A stretch of DNA of 63,993 bases, filler included, from an uncultured bacterium (GTDB lineage Bacteria > Hinthialibacterota > Hinthialibacteria > Hinthialibacterales > Hinthialibacteraceae), in the NCBI GenBank assembly GCA_964449065.1. It is 6 parts of 6 records of this genome, joined end to end, with 100 filler letters (N's around TTAATTAATTAA, not from the genome) between each part and the next. Parts side by side here need not be neighbours in the genome. Positions count along the whole stretch, not along the records: positions 53,926 to 63,993 come from CAYVAZ010000188.1; 5 more parts are not named here. One strand, 5' to 3'. The notes under the pieces were generated by a model, which saw only the letters and a program-made list of their open reading frames with translations, made no database searches and had not been told where the DNA came from. Shown here piece by piece: positions 60,991 through 63,993 of this stretch (its first letter is position 1; each line of letters opens with the position of its first letter). Both the position numbers and the translations under genes were made by a program.

Positions 60991-61707
60991 ATGATGAAAA
61001 TCGAAAAAAAATTGATGAAAATTGATGAATCGGTGATAAAGGATAGCGGGCAGTTGCTGATAGTCCTTACAAAGGACTGGCAAGCCTTTCAGGGTCAAAT
61101 ACAACGTATGGAGCGTGATACAGATGAGGATTGGAAAGAAGTAGGTGAAGCATGGAAAATTGTGGTGGGACGCAACGGTTTGGCGTGGGGAAAGGGGCTG
61201 CATTCAATTGAGGAAGAACAGGCATTTCAGAAAAAAGAGGGGGATGGAAAATCTCCAGCGGGCGTGTTTGCGTTGGCGGAAGCGTTTGGGTTTGCACCGA
61301 CCGCGGAAGCAGAGTGGGTGAAACTGCCGTATGTACGCATTACCGAAAAGTGGGAATGCGTGGATGACGCGGATTCACGGTATTACAACCACGTGGTAGC
61401 GAATGACAAAGTGGACCGGGTTGATTGGGATTCATCGGAAAAGATGCTGGCTGTGGGAGAAGAGTACCGCTGGGGGATTGTGGTAAAGCACAATATGAAA
61501 CCAGTGCAGGCGGGGTGCGGATCGTGTATTTTTATCCATATATGGAAGGATGCCGAAACCGGGACATCGGGATGCACGGCGATGAAGCGTGAGAATATGG
61601 AGGCGCTATTGCGGTGGATTGATGCAGAGAAAAAGCCGCTGCTGATACAATTGCCGGAGAGTGAGATGGGGTGGCTGGATGAGGCTTTGGGGAACGCAAA
61701 AGAATAA
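60991..61707 (+). CDS. YkuD-like L,D-transpeptidase family protein
   Basis: G..GL.WG, K.EGDG..P.G.F, DD..S..YN, GSCIF.H.W......T.GC; start uncertain. Confidence 0.8.
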   Translation: MMKIEKKLMKIDESVIKDSGQLLIVLTKDWQAFQGQIQRMERDTDEDWKEVGEAWKIVVGRNGLAWGKGLHSIEEEQAFQKKEGDGKSPAGVFALAEAFGFAPTAEAEWVKLPYVRITEKWECVDDADSRYYNHVVANDKVDRVDWDSSEKMLAVGEEYRWGIVVKHNMKPVQAGCGSCIFIHIWKDAETGTSGCTAMKRENMEALLRWIDAEKKPLLIQLPESEMGWLDEALGNAKE

Positions 61708-61756
61708 TTCACCACAGAGACACAGAGGGCACGGAGAGAAGTTGGATTAAGAGATT

Positions 61757-62077
61757 ATGAATAAAAAACATTCTTCGACGGACGGTGTAGAGATTTTGCA
61801 CGGGCTATTTGTTGATAATGATCCAGAGATGAAAGCAATGTTAGAAGAAGAACGGGTTAATGCAGAGATCGCGCAATGGATTTACGATTTACGCAATGAA
61901 GCCGGACTCACGCAAGCACAACTATCAGAGATAACAGGGATCAGTGCTGAGGACATCACCCGCTTGGAGGAATCGGATTATGAGGGGCACACACTGGCGA
62001 TGCTGCGGCGGGTGGCAAAGGCGTTAGGGAAAGAAGTGAGGATTGAGGTGGTGGGAGAATGTGTAAGTAAGAAGTAA
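61757..62077 (+). CDS. HigA-like XRE HTH antitoxin, copy 1 (no upstream toxin)
   Basis: LR.EAGLTQ..L...G......RLE..DYEGH.L.ML.R.A.ALG. Confidence 0.85.
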   Translation: MNKKHSSTDGVEILHGLFVDNDPEMKAMLEEERVNAEIAQWIYDLRNEAGLTQAQLSEITGISAEDITRLEESDYEGHTLAMLRRVAKALGKEVRIEVVGECVSKK

Positions 62078-62126
62078 AAATGTGATGAAACGGATCGTGA
62101 GTTTTTGTTAGAGTTAAGGAAGGAAT

Positions 62127-62501
62127 ATGCCTGAAACTCATTTGGTTTTGTATAGGGAAGAAGATGGTGAAGTACCGATTGCATTATGGTTAAACACTAT
62201 TCCTAGAAAAGCCTCAAAGAAATGTATTTTACGTATTGAGCGCTTAAAACAATTGGGACATGAGTTACGAAGACCGGAAGCCGATTATATTCGTGATGGT
62301 ATATACGAATTGCGTATAGCGATTCAAGGGATTCAATACCGGATTTTATATTTCTTTCACGAACAGAAAGCCGTTGTATTGTCTCATGGAATCATAAAAG
62401 AGCAAAAAATACCTATGAAAGAAATTGAATACGCAATACAGAATAAAATAAAATATTTAGAGAACCCTGAACAACATTCGACGGAGTTTGATTTATCATG
62501 A
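62127..62501 (+). CDS. RelE/ParE-superfamily (HigB/Gp49-like) toxin
   Basis: P...WL, L...G..LRRP.ADY.RDGIYELR......YRILYFF, SHG..K. Confidence 0.85.
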   Translation: MPETHLVLYREEDGEVPIALWLNTIPRKASKKCILRIERLKQLGHELRRPEADYIRDGIYELRIAIQGIQYRILYFFHEQKAVVLSHGIIKEQKIPMKEIEYAIQNKIKYLENPEQHSTEFDLS

Positions 62502-62812
62502 CAAAAACAGCCGAGAAAACAACCGACGGTGTGAAGATTCTTCACAAATTGTTTGTTGATAATGAACAGGAAATGGAAGCGATGCGATATGAAGAGACCG
62601 CTAATCTTGAGATCGCCCAATGGATGTATGATTTGCGTGAAGAAGCCGGATTGACGCAAGAAAAACTGGCGGAGATGACGGGCATTGCCGCGGAGGATAT
62701 TCACCGCTTGGAGGAATCGGATTATGAGGGGCACACGCTGGCGATGCTGCGGCGGGTGGCGAAGGCGTTGGGGAAAGAGGTACGGATTGAGGTGATTGAG
62801 GCGGATGGGTAG
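62498..62812 (+). CDS. HigA-like XRE HTH antitoxin, copy 2 (cognate)
   Basis: ATGA overlap with the toxin; same HTH as copies 1 and 3. Confidence 0.85.
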   Translation: MTKTAEKTTDGVKILHKLFVDNEQEMEAMRYEETANLEIAQWMYDLREEAGLTQEKLAEMTGIAAEDIHRLEESDYEGHTLAMLRRVAKALGKEVRIEVIEADG

Positions 62813-62940
62813 AAGTGATTCAACAAAACCGCGTTGAATGAGCGCAGCCGATTTGTGCTCATCGTTATAGATAAACATAATTATTTTTAAATTTCATGCT
62901 ACCATTTATTAGAAATGTTATGTACGACATGGAGTTTGAC

Positions 62941-63150
62941 ATGGTTACAATTCAAGAACAATATCCATTTGCAAAAGAAGTTATTAAAGATGAAAACGGG
63001 AATGTAACAGACATCGTATTGGAACGTGAACAATATTTTCGTTTAATTGAAGAGTTGGAAGATGAAGGTTTATACAGAGCCATGAAAGAAGTGGAAAACG
63101 AAAAGCCGATGAGTATTGAAGAAGCGTTGAAACAATTAGAAGATGAATGA
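62941..63150 (+). CDS. Small acidic antitoxin-like protein
   Basis: I.DENG....+V+....Y..LIE.LED..L...M; GGAG RBS; ATGA overlap with relE. Confidence 0.7.
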   Translation: MVTIQEQYPFAKEVIKDENGNVTDIVLEREQYFRLIEELEDEGLYRAMKEVENEKPMSIEEALKQLEDE

Positions 63151-63410
63151 AAGTAGAAATCCTCCCCACTTTTTTAAGAGACTTGAAAAAATTGAAGAAT
63201 GAACCGGTATATTCTCAAATAAAAGATTTTTCATTTATCGAATTAAAATCATTTCAAACGTTATCAGACATTCCTCATATAAAGAAGATCAAAGAGTTTC
63301 ATTACCGGATCAGAATAGGTGATTATCGAATTGGGTTTCGATTTAACGATGAAACGATAACATTGATGCGGGTAAAACACCGGAAAGAAATATACCGTTA
63401 TTTCCCTTAA
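63147..63410 (+). CDS. RelE-family toxin
   Basis: F.RDLKKL, YRIRIGDYRIG, V.HRKEIYR.FP. Confidence 0.88.
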   Translation: MKVEILPTFLRDLKKLKNEPVYSQIKDFSFIELKSFQTLSDIPHIKKIKEFHYRIRIGDYRIGFRFNDETITLMRVKHRKEIYRYFP

Positions 63411-63453
63411 TCAATTCAAATTATGCTTGTGGATAGTGGGTTGTTTTTTGATA

Positions 63454-63759
63454 ATGACAACTTCAGATGCAGTAGCAATCATTGATCACCGTTATATTAA
63501 GGGGGATTCGGAGATGGAGTCGATGTTGGTGGAAGAAGAAGCCAACGCTGAAATCGCCCGCTATATTTATGATTTGCGCAATGAGGCGGGATTGACGCAA
63601 GAAAAATTGGCGGAGATGACGGGGATTTCCGCAAAGGATATTAACCGCTTGGAAGAATCGGATTATGAAGGGCACACGCTGGCGATGCTGCGGCGAGTGG
63701 CGAAGGCGTTGGGAAAAGAGGTGAGGATTGAGGTGGTTGAGGCGGCAGCGGAGAAGTGA
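63454..63759 (+). CDS. HigA-like XRE HTH antitoxin, copy 3 (orphan)
   Basis: Same C-terminal HTH; divergent N-terminus MTTSDAVAIIDHRY. Confidence 0.82.
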   Translation: MTTSDAVAIIDHRYIKGDSEMESMLVEEEANAEIARYIYDLRNEAGLTQEKLAEMTGISAKDINRLEESDYEGHTLAMLRRVAKALGKEVRIEVVEAAAEK

Positions 63760-63907
63760 GTTTGATTTCGCCTCATCGATGGGCATTTCCGTATTGTGTC
63801 CATCACTAAAATTATTCAAGACATTCCGTTGAGCGGGATTCGGTTTGGCCCATTCCCAAATATGAGTAAAAAAATGCATTTTATAACCACAGAAATACAT
63901 ATATTAT

Positions 63908-63993
63908 TTACTCATGTTACGCAATGAAGAGACTGTCATTGTTATCCCCCCTTATTAAGGGGGGGTAGGGGGGGATCGAAGCACGCTTTCAAC
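63908..63993. mobile_element. MITE family A left end carrying a Y-type hairpin
   Basis: TTACTCATGTTACGCA terminal-repeat variant followed by CCCCCCTTATTAAGGGGGGGTAGGGGGGGATC. Confidence 0.55.

Noticed and set aside
61757..63759. Integron cassette array or diversity-generating retroelement behind the repeated antitoxins
   Set aside because: I found no attC-like RYYYAAC..GTTRRRY sites between the genes, no integrase or reverse transcriptase in the window, and the differences are not adenine-specific.

Overview
This window is not contiguous DNA. Five artificial 100-bp linkers (44 N + TTAATTAATTAA + 44 N) join six contigs of about 10-11 kb, sorted by decreasing length (10831, 10817, 10636, 10578, 10563, >=10068 bp), as in a concatenated MAG, so only adjacency within a contig is meaningful. 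The organism is a flagellated diderm (lpxA, beta-barrel porin, flgH/flgI) that also has a Firmicutes-like ylxM-ffh-rpsP-khpA gene order. The style of its prepilin-like protein suggests a Sumerlaeota/Hinthialibacterota (OLB16)-like lineage (inference only). Contig 1: trpE-trpG, a sigma54-driven porin, a stand-alone IMP cyclohydrolase, a tandem Phd-VapC pair (second toxin broken), an aminotransferase, a GH29 fucosidase and an Xaa-Pro peptidase. Contig 2: a flagellar regulatory and basal-body locus (FlgN-like, PAS kinase, sigma54 regulator, two large TPR proteins, flgB, flgC, a FliE-like paralogue, fliE, a truncated FliF). Contig 3: flgF-G-A-H-I-J-N and DUF1573-rhodanese-MauE. Contig 4: an RHH-PIN TA pair, sulfatase, DUF1080 and rpmH-rnpA-yidD-yidC-jag. 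Contig 5: a TetR redox island, a pilin-like gene, an AAA-only sigma54 activator, an MFS transporter and ylxM-ffh-rpsP-khpA. Contig 6: topA, hemB, lpxA, phoD, an L,D-transpeptidase-like gene and a TA array with three HigA paralogues. Most notable observations: (i) antitoxin arrays with a homogenised DNA-binding half and a diversified toxin-binding half; (ii) a candidate flagellar-motor scaffold pair (IF2-N/acidic/TM/TPR protein plus a secreted TPR protein) with an extra FliE and a mini-FliF; (iii) MITE shells carrying interchangeable REP hairpin cargo; (iv) a shared 13-bp flagellar enhancer motif; (v) a minimal AAA-only enhancer-binding protein.
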